Of a stretch of DNA of 52,653 nt, positions 10,887 through 23,266 are shown piece by piece (position 1 is the stretch's first letter; the number at the start of each line of letters is the position of its first letter). The DNA is from Octopus bimaculoides (lineage: Eukaryota), in the NCBI RefSeq assembly GCF_001194135.2, contig NC_068998.1, positions 39,303,584 through 39,356,236 on the forward strand. The letters are read 5' to 3'. The position numbers and the translations under genes were made by a program. The notes beneath the pieces are model-generated. The model was given only the letters and a program-made list of their open reading frames with translations, made no database searches and had not been told where the DNA came from.

Positions 10887-12550
10887 AGCATTTTTCCCAG
10901 CACAGTAATGATTCTGCCAGCTCGCTACCTTGGTCTCCATGTATATTCAAGATGAGATTATTGAAAGAAATTTGACTGTTATATTAAGCAAGTCTTTTGA
11001 CCAACACAAGCCAATTGGCTGAAGTGATCCTCATTTTACAGACTAAAGGGTATGACCTAGTGGATGGTGGTCATTTAAATGCTGCATTGTACTGATTTGA
11101 CTAATTAGAAAGCTTCTTCGTTTGCTTGTTTGACATCCCATTTTAAAGAGTATAAGGAGTTTGTTGTTACATTGATTTAACTCAGTGACTTTGCAGAAGA
11201 TCCCTTAGAAGTTTGATGTTTCCATTTTAATTAAACAAAGTGTTTACTGAGGAAGATTTTGCTGTTATGTCCAGCAGATTAAGGGACTACATAAAAGCCT
11301 GCCCTTCTAAATGGATAACTTTCTCATGTTCCAGAGTTTTGTAATTTCTCTGTTTAAAACCAGATTATTATTGTTGTTATTAAGGTGGCAAGCTGGCAAA
11401 ATTGTTAGTGCATCAGATTACAATAAAGTCAGGAGTGACCTCATGATGATTCTACTTCACAACTTACTTTCAGTAACAGGTTGTGGTCATATAACTTGAC
11501 TTATCCTTGAACTGGAAAAAAATCATGAATGTCACACAATCTTTCTCAGTTTCCATTCTCTAACATCCTGAAACAAGTTGTGCTGTAGAATGACTGTGTG
11601 AAACTTTCTGGTTTTAAAATATTTTTGGAAAAACAAATGGGAATGGAAAAGCTTTATCTCTCTCCTTCTTTCTCTCAAAGAAAGTTCTATGACTAGTAGG
11701 TGAATAGAACCAATTTAGCCTTTATAATGGTATTTGGTGCCAGTACCATAGAGTGGTTGTAATTTCCTAGCAAAGTGAGTGATGCAAGTTCAGTCCTTAG
11801 TCGAACTATAATACTTTCAGTCACTAATAATACCAGCACCTCATAGTATTCAAAAGACATGGAGATGAACAGTGTACAGTACATTGACTTATCGCTGAAC
11901 ATACTACACAGAGATAAAATATTCTGTAGTAATCCAACAGCCTGTTAAGGGTTATAAAGTGTTTTTAAAATGCGTTTTGCTTGATGTAATTCTGATGCTG
12001 ACTAAGGTATATGACCTAGACTAGAAGTCCAGGTAAACCACACTAGTAGTTCATACCAATTCTTTTGGTGGTCCCAGAATGGGTTTTGTCCTGCTGTTAT
12101 TGCACAATGTAATTAAAGAAATTTATGTTTAGTGATCTATAACATTTTACTCCAGAATTTTGTGAACAACTTTCCGAGAAAGGTTGTCATTCATTGATCT
12201 AGACCATTCTAGACTGTTCTACTAAGTGTGTTTTTGTAACAATGATTTCAGATCTTGACAGTTGTCATGGTAATGGAAAAACAGTAGCAATTTGTTGTTG
12301 ATATATTGTTAGTTTTTATTTGTTAATTTTTAAAAAAATAAAATGTTATTTATTTCTATACATCAAGGACCTTGAGACTAATAAACAAATTATCATTGTT
12401 TTTGATGTTGTTATTTTTTTTCCTTCTCCAAAATAGTGGCTTGGCAAAAATGGTGGAACATCAGACAATATGTTTCCTCGGTAGGTTTTTGTCTGTCTCC
12501 TTGTGTAATGTTGGCGAATTTAGGAAAACATAGAAGTATTGAAGGATGTA

Positions 12551-12935
12551 TGGTTGGCACTCCATCGGTTTCGACGACAAGGGTTTCAGTTGATTCGATC
12601 AATGGAACAGCCTGCTCGTGAAATTAACGTGCAAGTGACTGAGCACTCCACAGACATGTGTACCCTTAACGTAGTTCTTGAGGAGATTCAGCGTGACACA
12701 GAGTGTGACAAGGCTGACCCTTTGAAATACAGGTACAACAGAAACAGGAAGAAAGAGTGAGAGAAAATTGTGGTGAAAAAGTACAGCAGGGTTCGCCACA
12801 ATCCCCTGCCAGAGCCTTGTGGAACTTTAGGTGTTTTCGCTCAATAAACACTCACAACACCCGGTCTGGGAATCGAAACTGCGATCCTACGACCGCGAGT
12901 CCGCTGCCCTAACCACTGGGCCATTGCGCCTCCAC
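12551..12935 (-). mobile_element. Full-length tRNA-derived SINE (family E) with 13-bp TSD
   Basis: Head GTGGAGGCGCAATGGCCCAGTGGTTAGGG...GTTTCGATTCC (A and B boxes); TSD ATTGAAGGATGTA at 12538-12550 and 12936-12948. Confidence 0.92.
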
Positions 12936-13668
12936 ATTGAAGGATGTAGTGTCCTGACAACTAACAACTGATGCAGATAGTTTATTCCATGCTTCATTCT
13001 TTATGTAGGGTGGTAGGGTATGATGTTTACCAGTGTGTCAAATCACAATCCCTTAATGGTAACTTTTTGATAAAAAGAGACAGATAAAATAAATATCAGA
13101 CTAAAATAAATCCTGAGTTGGTTTGATCAACTAAAGGTTTTTGAAGGTAGTGTCCCAACATAGATGTACTCAGTAACTGAAACCTAGTAAAAGAGCCAAA
13201 AAAATAATTAAACAAAAGAAATGGAAATAGAACAATAGGTTGATTGTTAACAAAACAAAACTCATCAATCAAACTCATCATCATGGGACACAGTTTAATT
13301 TGTACCTGATTAATTAAATAGCTCATCCCCACTGTCTCACCACCAGCTGTTGCATATAATTCTGTGGTAGTTTACTGCACCTTTATAAGAGATGTCACAA
13401 TATGTCATGTCTTCCTACTGACAGGTGGTGATCATACATTTCCCCACTGAACTTTGAGGGGGAAAAAAAGCTGAAGATGACAGCTGATTTTTTTTTAGAA
13501 AAAGGCCTTTTTGTGTCAACAAAAATATCCACAATACCTACTAGACAGACATGCACTCAAATACATGTCACAGACAACAAAGGCTAAGCTGTATAATATT
13601 TTGCTTTTCTCTCTCCCTCTTTCTCTCTAAATACCATCTCATTTTGCATCTTGCTTACTTTTCTCCAC

Positions 13669-13771
13669 CACTCTTATCTTCCTATTCTCCCACTTTCCCT
13701 CATCACTCTTATCTTCCTATTCTCCCACTTTCCCTCATCACTCTTATCTTCCTATTCTCCCATTTTCCCTC
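13669..13771 (+). repeat. 35-bp pyrimidine-rich tandem repeat, 3 units
   Basis: CACTCTTATCTTCCTATTCTCCCACTTTCCCTCAT x3. Confidence 0.95.
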
Positions 13772-14664
13772 CTATTTTGTCATTGCCTTACTTTCTCTCT
13801 CACTAAATACACTGTTATTTTGTCTTCAATATCACTCTTATTCCCCACCCACCATTCTTCCCACTGTATTTATTTTCTCTAACAATTAATAAAAACCATA
13901 TTTGCCACCATTTTCAATGATATTTTAAGCCATTTTTTTTTTTATGTGATAAACAATGATACATTTTCTAAACTCTCTCATAATATAGAGATGTGCTATA
14001 ATTTATTTTCTGGAAGACTCTCATATGTAAAAAAACTACAATTCTACATTTGCTGTAGAATCACTCACCCAAGATTACACTGACAACTGTACAAACATAT
14101 TGGTAAAGTTTACAAATTTGGGTAACTCCACCTTGACATGAAATGTATTCAAATTTGTGAACTTTACCAAGCACAGGCATGGCTGTGTTATAAGAAGCTT
14201 GCTTGCTAACCACATGGTTCTTGGTTCAGTCCCACTACAAGCTACTTTGGGCAAGTATCTTCTACTAAAGCCTTGGGCCAGCCAGAGACTTGCGAGTAGA
14301 TTTGATTGAGGGGAAACTGAAAGAAGCCTGTTATGTGTGTTTGTCTCCCCGTCCACCACTTGACAACCAGTGTTGGCATGTCTACAACCCCATAACTTAG
14401 CAGTTCAGCACTAGAGACTAATAGAATAAGTACCAGTCTGTAAAAAAAGATAAGTACTGGGGTCGATTCTTTCAACTAAATATTCTTCAAAGCGGTGCCC
14501 CAGCATGGCCACAGTTGAATGACTGAAACAAGAGAAAAGATAAAAGGTAAATGATTTTGGCTAACACAAGTCTCCTTGAACTCTAACTTGCTATGTACAA
14601 ATGTAGTACATCACAATAGTCTTTCTATTAGTAGCCCTTTGGCAGTTGACCCTATACATCACTT

Positions 14665-14916
14665 GTGGAGGCACATGGCTTGGTGATTAGGGTGTTGGAC
14701 TCATGATTGTAAGACTGTTTTGATTCCTGGACTGGGTGATGCATTATGTTCTTGAGCAAAATACTTCATTCACATTGCCCCAGTCCACTTACCTGGCAAA
14801 AATGAATAATCCTGCGACGGACCAGCGTCCCGTCCAGGTGGGGGATTTACACATCATAAAACTGGGAAACCTGTCCTCATGAGTTGGAAACTGGGAAACC
14901 TGTCCTTATGAGTTAG
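14665..14916 (+). mobile_element. tRNA-headed SINE with a V-domain-like segment and a 29-bp tandem duplication (14859-14916)
   Basis: GTGGAGGCACATGGC head; TGCGACGGACCAGCGTCCCGTCCAGG segment; two copies of AAACTGGGAAACCTGTCCTYATGAGTT. Confidence 0.6.
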
Positions 14917-15151
14917 GATTTTTCACACAAAAAGTATAAAACGTATTTTGACTCTCTCATCTCAGAACCTTCTCCAGAGCCTTCATACATGCAAATGTAT
15001 ATGTAACTGGAAGGACAAATCCGTATATATTCTAGTAAGTACACAAGTGTCCATATACACTGTAGATATATAGGTATGCTGTTCTTGATTCTACCTAGGT
15101 GTCCTTATTATTAAAATACCTTGATTCTGTTGGATCCTGAAAATAACTATA

Positions 15152-15454
15152 TATCATCATCATCATCGTTTAACGTCTGCTTTCCATGCTAGCATGGGTT
15201 GGACGATTTGACTGAGGACTGGTGAAACCGGATGGCAACACCAGGCTCCAATCTAATTTGGCAGAGTTTCTACAGCTGGATGCTCTTCCTAACGCCAACA
15301 ACTCAGAGAGTGTAGTGGGTGCTTTTACGTGTCACCCGCACGAAAACGGCCACGCTCGAAATGGTGTCTTTTATGTGCCACCCGCACAAGCCAGTCCAGG
15401 GGCACTGGCAACGGTCTCACTCGAAAATCCTACGGGAGCCAGTCTTCTCCCGCA
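15152..15454 (-). mobile_element. 3' end of an RTE LINE or partner SINE, runs into gap 2. Related 3' ends at about 46614-46905, 1075-1260, 29420-29550, 50270-50385, 50575-50705 and 51475-51660
   Basis: Shared catcatcgtttaacgtc...catgctagcatgggttggacg...cagctggatgcccttcctaacgccaac block with a (GAT)n tail. Confidence 0.8.
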
Positions 15455-16428
15455 NNNNNNNNNNNNNNNNNNNNNNNNNNNNNNNNNNNNNNNNNNNNNN
15501 NNNNNNNNNNNNNNNNNNNNNNNNNNNNNNNNNNNNNNNNNNNNNNNNNNNNNNNNNNNNNNNNNNNNNNNNNNNNNNNNNNNNNNNNNNNNNNNNNNNN
15601 NNNNNNNNNNNNNNNNNNNNNNNNNNNNNNNNNNNNNNNNNNNNNNNNNNNNNNNNNNNNNNNNNNNNNNNNNNNNNNNNNNNNNNNNNNNNNNNNNNNN
15701 NNNNNNNNNNNNNNNNNNNNNNNNNNNNNNNNNNNNNNNNNNNNNNNNNNNNNNNNNNNNNNNNNNNNNNNNNNNNNNNNNNNNNNNNNNNNNNNNNNNN
15801 NNNNNNNNNNNNNNNNNNNNNNNNNNNNNNNNNNNNNNNNNNNNNNNNNNNNNNNNNNNNNNNNNNNNNNNNNNNNNNNNNNNNNNNNNNNNNNNNNNNN
15901 NNNNNNNNNNNNNNNNNNNNNNNNNNNNNNNNNNNNNNNNNNNNNNNNNNNNNNNNNNNNNNNNNNNNNNNNNNNNNNNNNNNNNNNNNNNNNNNNNNNN
16001 NNNNNNNNNNNNNNNNNNNNNNNNNNNNNNNNNNNNNNNNNNNNNNNNNNNNNNNNNNNNNNNNNNNNNNNNNNNNNNNNNNNNNNNNNNNNNNNNNNNN
16101 NNNNNNNNNNNNNNNNNNNNNNNNNNNNNNNNNNNNNNNNNNNNNNNNNNNNNNNNNNNNNNNNNNNNNNNNNNNNNNNNNNNNNNNNNNNNNNNNNNNN
16201 NNNNNNNNNNNNNNNNNNNNNNNNNNNNNNNNNNNNNNNNNNNNNNNNNNNNNNNNNNNNNNNNNNNNNNNNNNNNNNNNNNNNNNNNNNNNNNNNNNNN
16301 NNNNNNNNNNNNNNNNNNNNNNNNNNNNNNNNNNNNNNNNNNNNNNNNNNNNNNNNNNNNNNNNNNNNNNNNNNNNNNNNNNNNNNNNNNNNNNNNNNNN
16401 NNNNNNNNNNNNNNNNNNNNNNNNNNNN
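15455..16428. other. Assembly gap 2
   Basis: N run. Confidence 1.
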
Positions 16429-16639
16429 ACGTATTTTGACTCTCTCATCTCAGAACCTTCTCCAGAGCCTTCATACATGCAAATGTATATGTAACTGGAA
16501 GGACAAATCCGTATATATTCTAGTAAGTACACAAGTGTCCATATACACTGTAGATATATAGGTATGCTGTTCTTGATTCTACCTAGGTGTCCTTATTATT
16601 AAAATACCTTGATTCTGTTGGATCCTGAAAATAACTATA

Positions 16640-17535
16640 TATCATCATCATCATTTAGCATCCATTTTCCATGCTGGCACAGATTAGATGGTTTGACTGG
16701 AACTGGTAAGCTAGAGAGCTGTAGCTGTACCCAGTTCCAATCAGATCTATCTTGGTCTCTATAGCTGGATGCCCTTCCTAATGTCAACCACTCCAAGAGT
16801 ATAATGGGTGCTATTAAATGTTGCAGGCACAGTTGCTTTTATGTGTCACCAGCATGGGTACTTTTATGTGTCACCGGCATGAGCGCTTTCAAGTGTCACC
16901 AGCAGGGTGCTTTTACATGTCACCATCATGTGTGCCTGATATGTGACACCACCATTGGCCATGACTATGATTTCACATGGTTAGATGAGTCTTCTTGAGC
17001 AAAGCATATCGCCAAAGGTTTTAATCACTTGTCATCACCCCCATGAGGCCCAACATTTGAAGATCATGCTTCACCATCTTGTCCTGTCTTTCTGGGTCTA
17101 CCTCTCCCACAGATTCCCTCTACAGTTAGAGATCGGCACTTCTTTATACAGCTGTCTACAGCCTACACATCACATGACCAAACAGTCATCTCTCTTGTGC
17201 ACCACATCTCATGCCTCTTATGCTCAGTTTTTCTCTCAAGATGCTTACACTCCACCGTACATGCACACTGACATTGCTCATCCAGTGAAGCACACTAGTT
17301 TCATGTCTTCCAAGTCTTTGCATGTCCTCTACAGTTACAGCCTATGTTTCACTGCCATGTAACATGGCTGTTCTTACACAGGCATCATACAATCTACATT
17401 TCACTCAGAGGGAGAGGCTCTTTGTTACCAACGAAGGTAGAAGCTCTCTGAACTTTGCCCAGTCTATTCTAATTCTAGCAGCTACACTCTCGTGGCATCT
17501 ACTTCCACTGCTGACTTGCTCACCTAGATAAAGCT
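16640..17535 (-). mobile_element. 5'-truncated RTE-clade LINE (ORF C-terminus, 3'UTR, (GAT)n tail)
   Basis: Minus-strand YLGEQVSSG...SVAARIRIDWAKFRELLP...VKCRLYDACVRTAMLHGSET; continues into the 3'UTR and ends in (CAT)n on the plus strand. Confidence 0.88.
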
Positions 17536-18914
17536 ATCAGCTACTTCTAGGTATCCCCCACTTATTTTAAATCACAAAATGGGCTTCTGCACAGTTTGTC
17601 TAACAAATTCCCTCACAAGGTATTGATCAACCCAGATCTATAGAAGACACTTGCCCAAGTTGCTGTGCAGTAGAATTGAACCCCAGACTAGGTGAATTCG
17701 AAGCAGGCATTTAACTACACAACCATACCTGCATCTTTACGTTTTTTCTATTTTCTTTTTTTTTTTTTTTTTATATATATTTACATCTTAAATTTTTGAA
17801 AACTAACATATGATAGAGAATTCTGTTGTGGTAATTATCAATAAAGAGATGGTGTGAAGGACTAAGAAAGGGAAGAGAGGTTTAAAAAATAAAGGGGAAA
17901 TATTAAATGATAAAACTTAGTTCTGTTTCACTACTGAGATGTATTTACCATTATTATCAATCGTTTGAATTATTAATATTCACACCAGCCCAACAAGATG
18001 GCTTCTACATGGTTACTAAACAGTAGCTTCCACATCACATCCCTGTACTCATTTAAAAAAAAAGGATAAATTGGATAATGTATACCTAGATATACTATAT
18101 ATATAAGAAGACGAGATGATGATGAGTTAAATATATTTAATCATAGGCCGACTCAATCTTGTATTAAACAACTATTTTCCTTTTTTCCACATGACAACAC
18201 CATGTTGAAAATATTTAGCTAAGGGAGGCAACTCTACCTGAACATATTTTAAGGCTTAGATAGAGCATAAGAACCTGTTGAGTTTTACCGGGAATGAAAC
18301 TTCGTAGATATACCTTAAAATTTATTAGTATTATTTAGTAGATAATCTTTTAATGTGAAGTATGTTTGTCTGTGTGTTGTTTAGCCCAGAGTTGCCTCTG
18401 ATGTACTAGACGCATCGCATAGTTTGTTTTTTCTTCTTGAAATACTGTAAATCTGTTTCTCTTTTGACGAAAGGGTGTGTTTAGAGACGCCTCTGTGTTT
18501 GTGTGTTTCGTTGTGATGGAAAAAAACTTTTTTTCAGAATATTTTGCATAATAATTGTTTAAGAAATCTGGACATCTTTCTTACTGCTAACCATTCAACT
18601 TCAAATTACAATTGTTAAATGTTGGAAGTCAGGTAGACTAAGATGTACATATAGTTTTAACGTATACAGTGGAAGTTTTGAACTAATATCTTGTGGTTAG
18701 TAATCCATTACCTTAAATTTGATGCCATTAAGTCATTAAACATTATTTTACTGGGTTTAGTCTTTGGATTGTAAAATTCAAGGCTTTATTGATACTCATG
18801 TTCGAGTGTCTTGAATTTTGTTATACACTTGTATGATTAATAAAACAAGGCAAATAATAGTTGTTTTTTAAAATTACATTCCTAAATTGTGAACTTTAAA
18901 ACATTTTTTTTTAA

Positions 18915-19134
18915 CTCTTTAGTGTTTAAACTGACCATATCCAGCCAAAATATTCTATCTGTTTTATCTTCAAACTGGTCAGATATTGTCTTTCATTGCT
19001 ACATTATAGTGTCGTTTTGAAAATAAACAATCACATCATTGAAATCTCAAAGCCATGAAATAATGTATGATTAATTTAAAATGGTGTGAATATATAAGCT
19101 TTACATTTGACAGAATAATATGAATACTAAAGGG
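18915..19134. mobile_element. piggyBac-type MITE, copy 1
   Basis: TTAA on both sides (18911-18914, 19135-19138); TIR CTCTTTAGTGTT / AATACTAAAGGG. Confidence 0.85.
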
Positions 19135-19224
19135 TTAAGCCAATAATTTCTTGTTTGATTGCCAGCATGCTGTGAAGTGAAAAAAAGACTGAGAACTTCA
19201 AAATTAATCTATTATAATCTAAAG

Positions 19225-19585
19225 CAGTGGTTCTCAACCAGGGTCCATATGGACCCTGAGGGTTTATATTAGATTTTTTTTTGGGGGGGGGGGGTTCATG
19301 CCACAAAATAATAAATTGGGGATCTACAACAGTATTTTAAGGGCTCCTGAAAAAATTTTGCTTTAGATGTATGTATTGATATGTATTGCCAAAACAGCTA
19401 GGTTTCTTTCTCTAGCATTTTACAAAGTTCAACCTACACAAGTTAATGTGTGAAATACAAAATAGGAATTTTGAAAGAGGATTCTATAAAACTAGTTTTT
19501 AAACATTGAATAGCTATGGAGATATACCAGAATAAAATAGTAATCAAAGGGGTTCATAGATAAAAAAAATGATTGAGAACCCTTG
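19225..19585. mobile_element. Charlie-type hAT MITE, copy 1
   Basis: TIRs CAGTGGTTCTCAACC / GATTGAGAACCCTTG; flanks ATCTAAAG and GTCTAAGC resemble the NTCTAGAN target. Confidence 0.8.
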
Positions 19586-21190
19586 GTCTAAGCTGATCAT
19601 GAGGGAGCCTTGGCATAGTCACTTGACCTATTGAAAATAGCAGCCAAATATCACCTCAAACTACAACATATCATTCACAAAGAAATTACATAGGTAATGT
19701 AGTCCTAGATACACTATTCCTGAAAAAGGAAAGGATTGGTTGGTCATGGCTTGAGTACTTTTGATGACCTTGCTCTAAACAACAACTGCTAATCTCACCC
19801 AGGTTTCTCTACTTTTCAGTATATGTGAACCTACCCCTCCTTCTGCAAACAGGTTCATGGTCACTGTGCCTCACTGTAAGACTAACAAATGACATATATT
19901 CACCCTTTTGACTAACATCTTGTTAAAGACCATTGTTAGTCATTAAATAGGTAACTTACAGTGATTGCATGCAAGAGACTTTCAAGAATGAATATTGGAC
20001 TGGAGAGAAATCTTGTTACTTTCTTTTCGATGATTTGAAGGTTTTGATAGTTGAGTGGATAAGGTTTTGGACTAACTATTCACAGGTTATTAGTTCAAGT
20101 CTGTTGCATGCATTTCATTGTATTTCTAGACTGCATTACTCACCTAGCTATTAAAAATAGAGAACAGATTAAAGAATATTTTCTTTGATTAACTGGCTTC
20201 CAAGCCACCAAAAAATTAAATAACCACCACCTTCAGGGCTAAAACATAATGAAATATCTGATATTATTGAAGAACTTTGTAGCTAACTGTAGGACTTAGA
20301 CTGGCCATGAAGAGCTTGACTTACAAGGATTATATATACAGAAAGGTAACACAATAATTAACTATTATGCACTGATAAATAGAGCTTTTAATGCAGTTAC
20401 TCAACCAGCTACAAACAGCTGCCAAATCCCCCTTAGATCACTCCCTGCTCTCTCAGAAAAAGGAAGAACACATTAGATAATACAGTCTTCGATACAGTGT
20501 CTGAGAAAAATGATGCAGGGCATAGTTGGAACACCTGTAATCACAGGGGTTGAAATGGGATAAAACATGACTTAAAAAGCATTTATTATTTTATTTGGCT
20601 AGAAGGTGTTGAGCCAGCAGAATCATTAGTGCATTGGATGAAATGTTTAGTGGCATTTCTTGAGGCTCATTTATGTTCTGAGCTCAAATTCTGCCGAAGT
20701 TGACTTTGCCTTTCATCCTTTTGGAGTTGATAAAATAAATATTAGTTGAGTACTGGCATCAATGTAATCAACACACCCTTCTCCCTAAAATTGCTGGCCT
20801 TTGAAAGAATTATTTTATTTGGTTAGGGAAACTCAAGCATGGAAAAATAATGAAATATTTGTTAATCATTCAGTGTTCCTATATTGATTATAGTGGTAAG
20901 CTGTATTTATCACTTAGACTGTAAGCTGTTTATTATTAGGCAGACTAAGCTTGGCCATGAGCATTTTGTCTTACAAGGATTGCATGAAAAGGTGACAAAA
21001 AATAAAGCTAAAAGAATAACATCAGAGAATTTCTTACGTGATGCACATTTATTCTTGAGAACTTTAGAATATTTCACCAGGGTCAAAGATGGCTGTACAG
21101 AGTCCATTATTTATATAAAAAAAAATCTTTCCATTTTCTTAAATGTTTCCATATTCATTATTCCCAGGATAACTATATAGAGTTGGTTAT

Positions 21191-23266
21191 TTATTTATAC
21201 ATAAAATGTTCCTGAAAATTATTTGCTGTCACAAAGCAGTCTATGACTTTCTCATTAAATTCTGTTATTTTCTTCACCATATTACACTCCAATGACACCA
21301 TACCCAAGGCTGTCAGGTTATCAATTTCTATGGGGTTCCGCAAAAAGGATTTTATTTTCTCTAAAGTTTTAAAACACCTTTCTGATTCCTCAGTAATCAT
21401 TGGAGTGGTGATTAGAATTTTAATAAGCTTTACAGTTTCTGAGAATGTTGTTTGTAAGTGACTCTCATTAAAAAATCTTAATAAATCTATCAGCTTTTTG
21501 GTTTGATATATATCATTCCTGGCATAGAGGACAGCAAGCTCAGTTCCAAGTTTTTCTCTGTCAAGCATAGGATATGCATCAACTGCTTGAGTTAGCTCAT
21601 AGTTAGGAAATTTTGAAAGAAATGATGAAAAGTTATCTTGTACAAGTAACTTGCTTGCTTCCAAATGATTAATAAAACTTAATCTTTCACTACATTTCAG
21701 TAAAATTATATCACACACCTCCTCGATGGTGGCTGCTTTCTCTGGACAACATTTTTTCTGTTTATTCTCAGAACAGTTTTCTTTGACTTCCACATATTCA
21801 TTGCGAATGGTTTTCATAATGTGATAAAAAGTACTTAAAGAGATGGTAGCTTTTCTAACATCAATGCTTTTGTATTCAAACTGGGAAAATAGTTCATCAA
21901 TATGAGGCATTACTTTGGAGAAAAAATAGAGCCAAAACTCAAAATCAGAATCGTTCAATATTCTTTTTATAGCTGTTGCTTTAGTTCCAATTTCTGTTAA
22001 AGTCCGTGTTTCTAATACATCACAACAAACTCTTAAAGTATCTTTCATGGCATGTATGGCATTGATTGTGAAAGTGATGTTACTTTCTTTGAAATTTGTA
22101 CAAGAAGGCACTGCCATTTGTCCTAAAATCTTCTCCAGTACTTCTGGTCGTGAAAAATAAGTCGAAATACTTGATATATCATTGAAAAATACTTTCATGC
22201 TGCTATTTTGCCATGTTGCTTTCTGAATAATTCCACAATGCTTGTGTGCATAGCAGTGAATGAAATGGGCATTTTTATACTGTTCTTTCATCAGTGTATG
22301 GACATTTGTCTTATCTCCACTTAAACTGACAGCCCCATCATATGTTTGAGCAATAAGTTTACTGGGACAATCTGGTATCAAACCATGCAACTCTTTCTGC
22401 AGCATTTCTGTCAAAGCATCAACTGTTCTATTTACGGGGTTGAAAAATCCCCAGAATCTTTCAACAGGTTTCCCATTCAGCATATATCTCAGAACCACTG
22501 CCACTTGCATTTTATCACAGACATCAACTATATCATCACACATAACAGCTAAATACTGTGCATGGCTTACCTCTTCCTTGATTTGATTTTGGCAAATACT
22601 GAGCATAGCTTCTAAGAGTTTATTCAAAATTGCTTGTGATATTCCTTCTAAAACTGTTACTGAACATATGTCAAATCTAAAACTAGAATCCAAATGAATC
22701 ATGTACTCAATTAGACCTTGAAATACATTCAAACTTTTATCCAAATGTGAATTGTCAAGTCCTCGAATATGTAAATTATATTCTCCACAAAATTTCAAAC
22801 AATTTATTATTTTGTGAAGGACATTTCTATTTTTCTTCACTCGTTCATTGTGCCATGTGACTGCGGGACTGTCATCATGATTCTGAAGGGCAGAACAAGT
22901 TGTGCAACCCAGAAGTGTTAGGTTTATCATGTTGTTCATATGCTTGCTGGATTGTTCATGTTTTCTAATCTTCTGCTGAAGACATCTTAAATCATTTACT
23001 CCAGATTTTGTCCAAAGAACATCCCCACCAAATAGTAAACATGGGTAACAATATAATGAATTTGATTTTTCACAACCACACACCCAAAGACATTTATCAT
23101 ATATGTTACAGTTGAATTGCCTCACATATTCAATACTCCTGCTTGGACCACATTTCTGCATGTTTAAATTTGGCATTGGTCTGCCTAGAGACTTGATTTC
23201 AATTTGTTCATTAAGTTTCAATTTACTGAAATCTATAGTTTGTAAATATTTAACTTTGTTTGACAT
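21191..23266 (-). CDS. hAT-transposase-derived protein (TTF-type Zn finger, DUF4371-like core, hATC dimerisation region; ZMYM1/THAP12-like), about 691 aa, probably domesticated
   Basis: Uninterrupted ORF. First true ATG (MSNKVK) at 23266; the ORF-track start at 23323 is a TTG within an acceptor-like pyrimidine tract. Motifs: WVCGC...YCYPC...W...G...HEQSSKH (TTF finger), MCDDIVD...QVAVVLRY, AQTYDGA, HFIHCYAH, TPMITEESERCFKTLEKIKSFLRN. Confidence 0.9.
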   Translation of the reverse strand: MSNKVKYLQTIDFSKLKLNEQIEIKSLGRPMPNLNMQKCGPSRSIEYVRQFNCNIYDKCLWVCGCEKSNSLYCYPCLLFGGDVLWTKSGVNDLRCLQQKIRKHEQSSKHMNNMINLTLLGCTTCSALQNHDDSPAVTWHNERVKKNRNVLHKIINCLKFCGEYNLHIRGLDNSHLDKSLNVFQGLIEYMIHLDSSFRFDICSVTVLEGISQAILNKLLEAMLSICQNQIKEEVSHAQYLAVMCDDIVDVCDKMQVAVVLRYMLNGKPVERFWGFFNPVNRTVDALTEMLQKELHGLIPDCPSKLIAQTYDGAVSLSGDKTNVHTLMKEQYKNAHFIHCYAHKHCGIIQKATWQNSSMKVFFNDISSISTYFSRPEVLEKILGQMAVPSCTNFKESNITFTINAIHAMKDTLRVCCDVLETRTLTEIGTKATAIKRILNDSDFEFWLYFFSKVMPHIDELFSQFEYKSIDVRKATISLSTFYHIMKTIRNEYVEVKENCSENKQKKCCPEKAATIEEVCDIILLKCSERLSFINHLEASKLLVQDNFSSFLSKFPNYELTQAVDAYPMLDREKLGTELAVLYARNDIYQTKKLIDLLRFFNESHLQTTFSETVKLIKILITTPMITEESERCFKTLEKIKSFLRNPIEIDNLTALGMVSLECNMVKKITEFNEKVIDCFVTANNFQEHFMYK

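Larger units (their letters stand above)
14941..16654 (+). repeat. 226-bp direct duplication across gap 2 (14941-15166 = 16429-16654)
   Basis: Identical by eye over 226 nt; copy 2 begins exactly at the gap edge. Confidence 0.93.

Noticed and set aside
12551-12935. tRNA-like heads of SINEs as additional tRNA genes
   Set aside because: They have A/B boxes but no complete acceptor stem, and continue into SINE bodies with tails and TSDs.
21191-23266. Idea that this ORF is the transposase mobilising the local CAGTGG-ended MITEs
   Set aside because: Those ends are Charlie/Buster type, matching the relic at 38481-38863. This ORF is from the DUF4371/ZMYM-like branch, lacks TIRs and lacks TRW.
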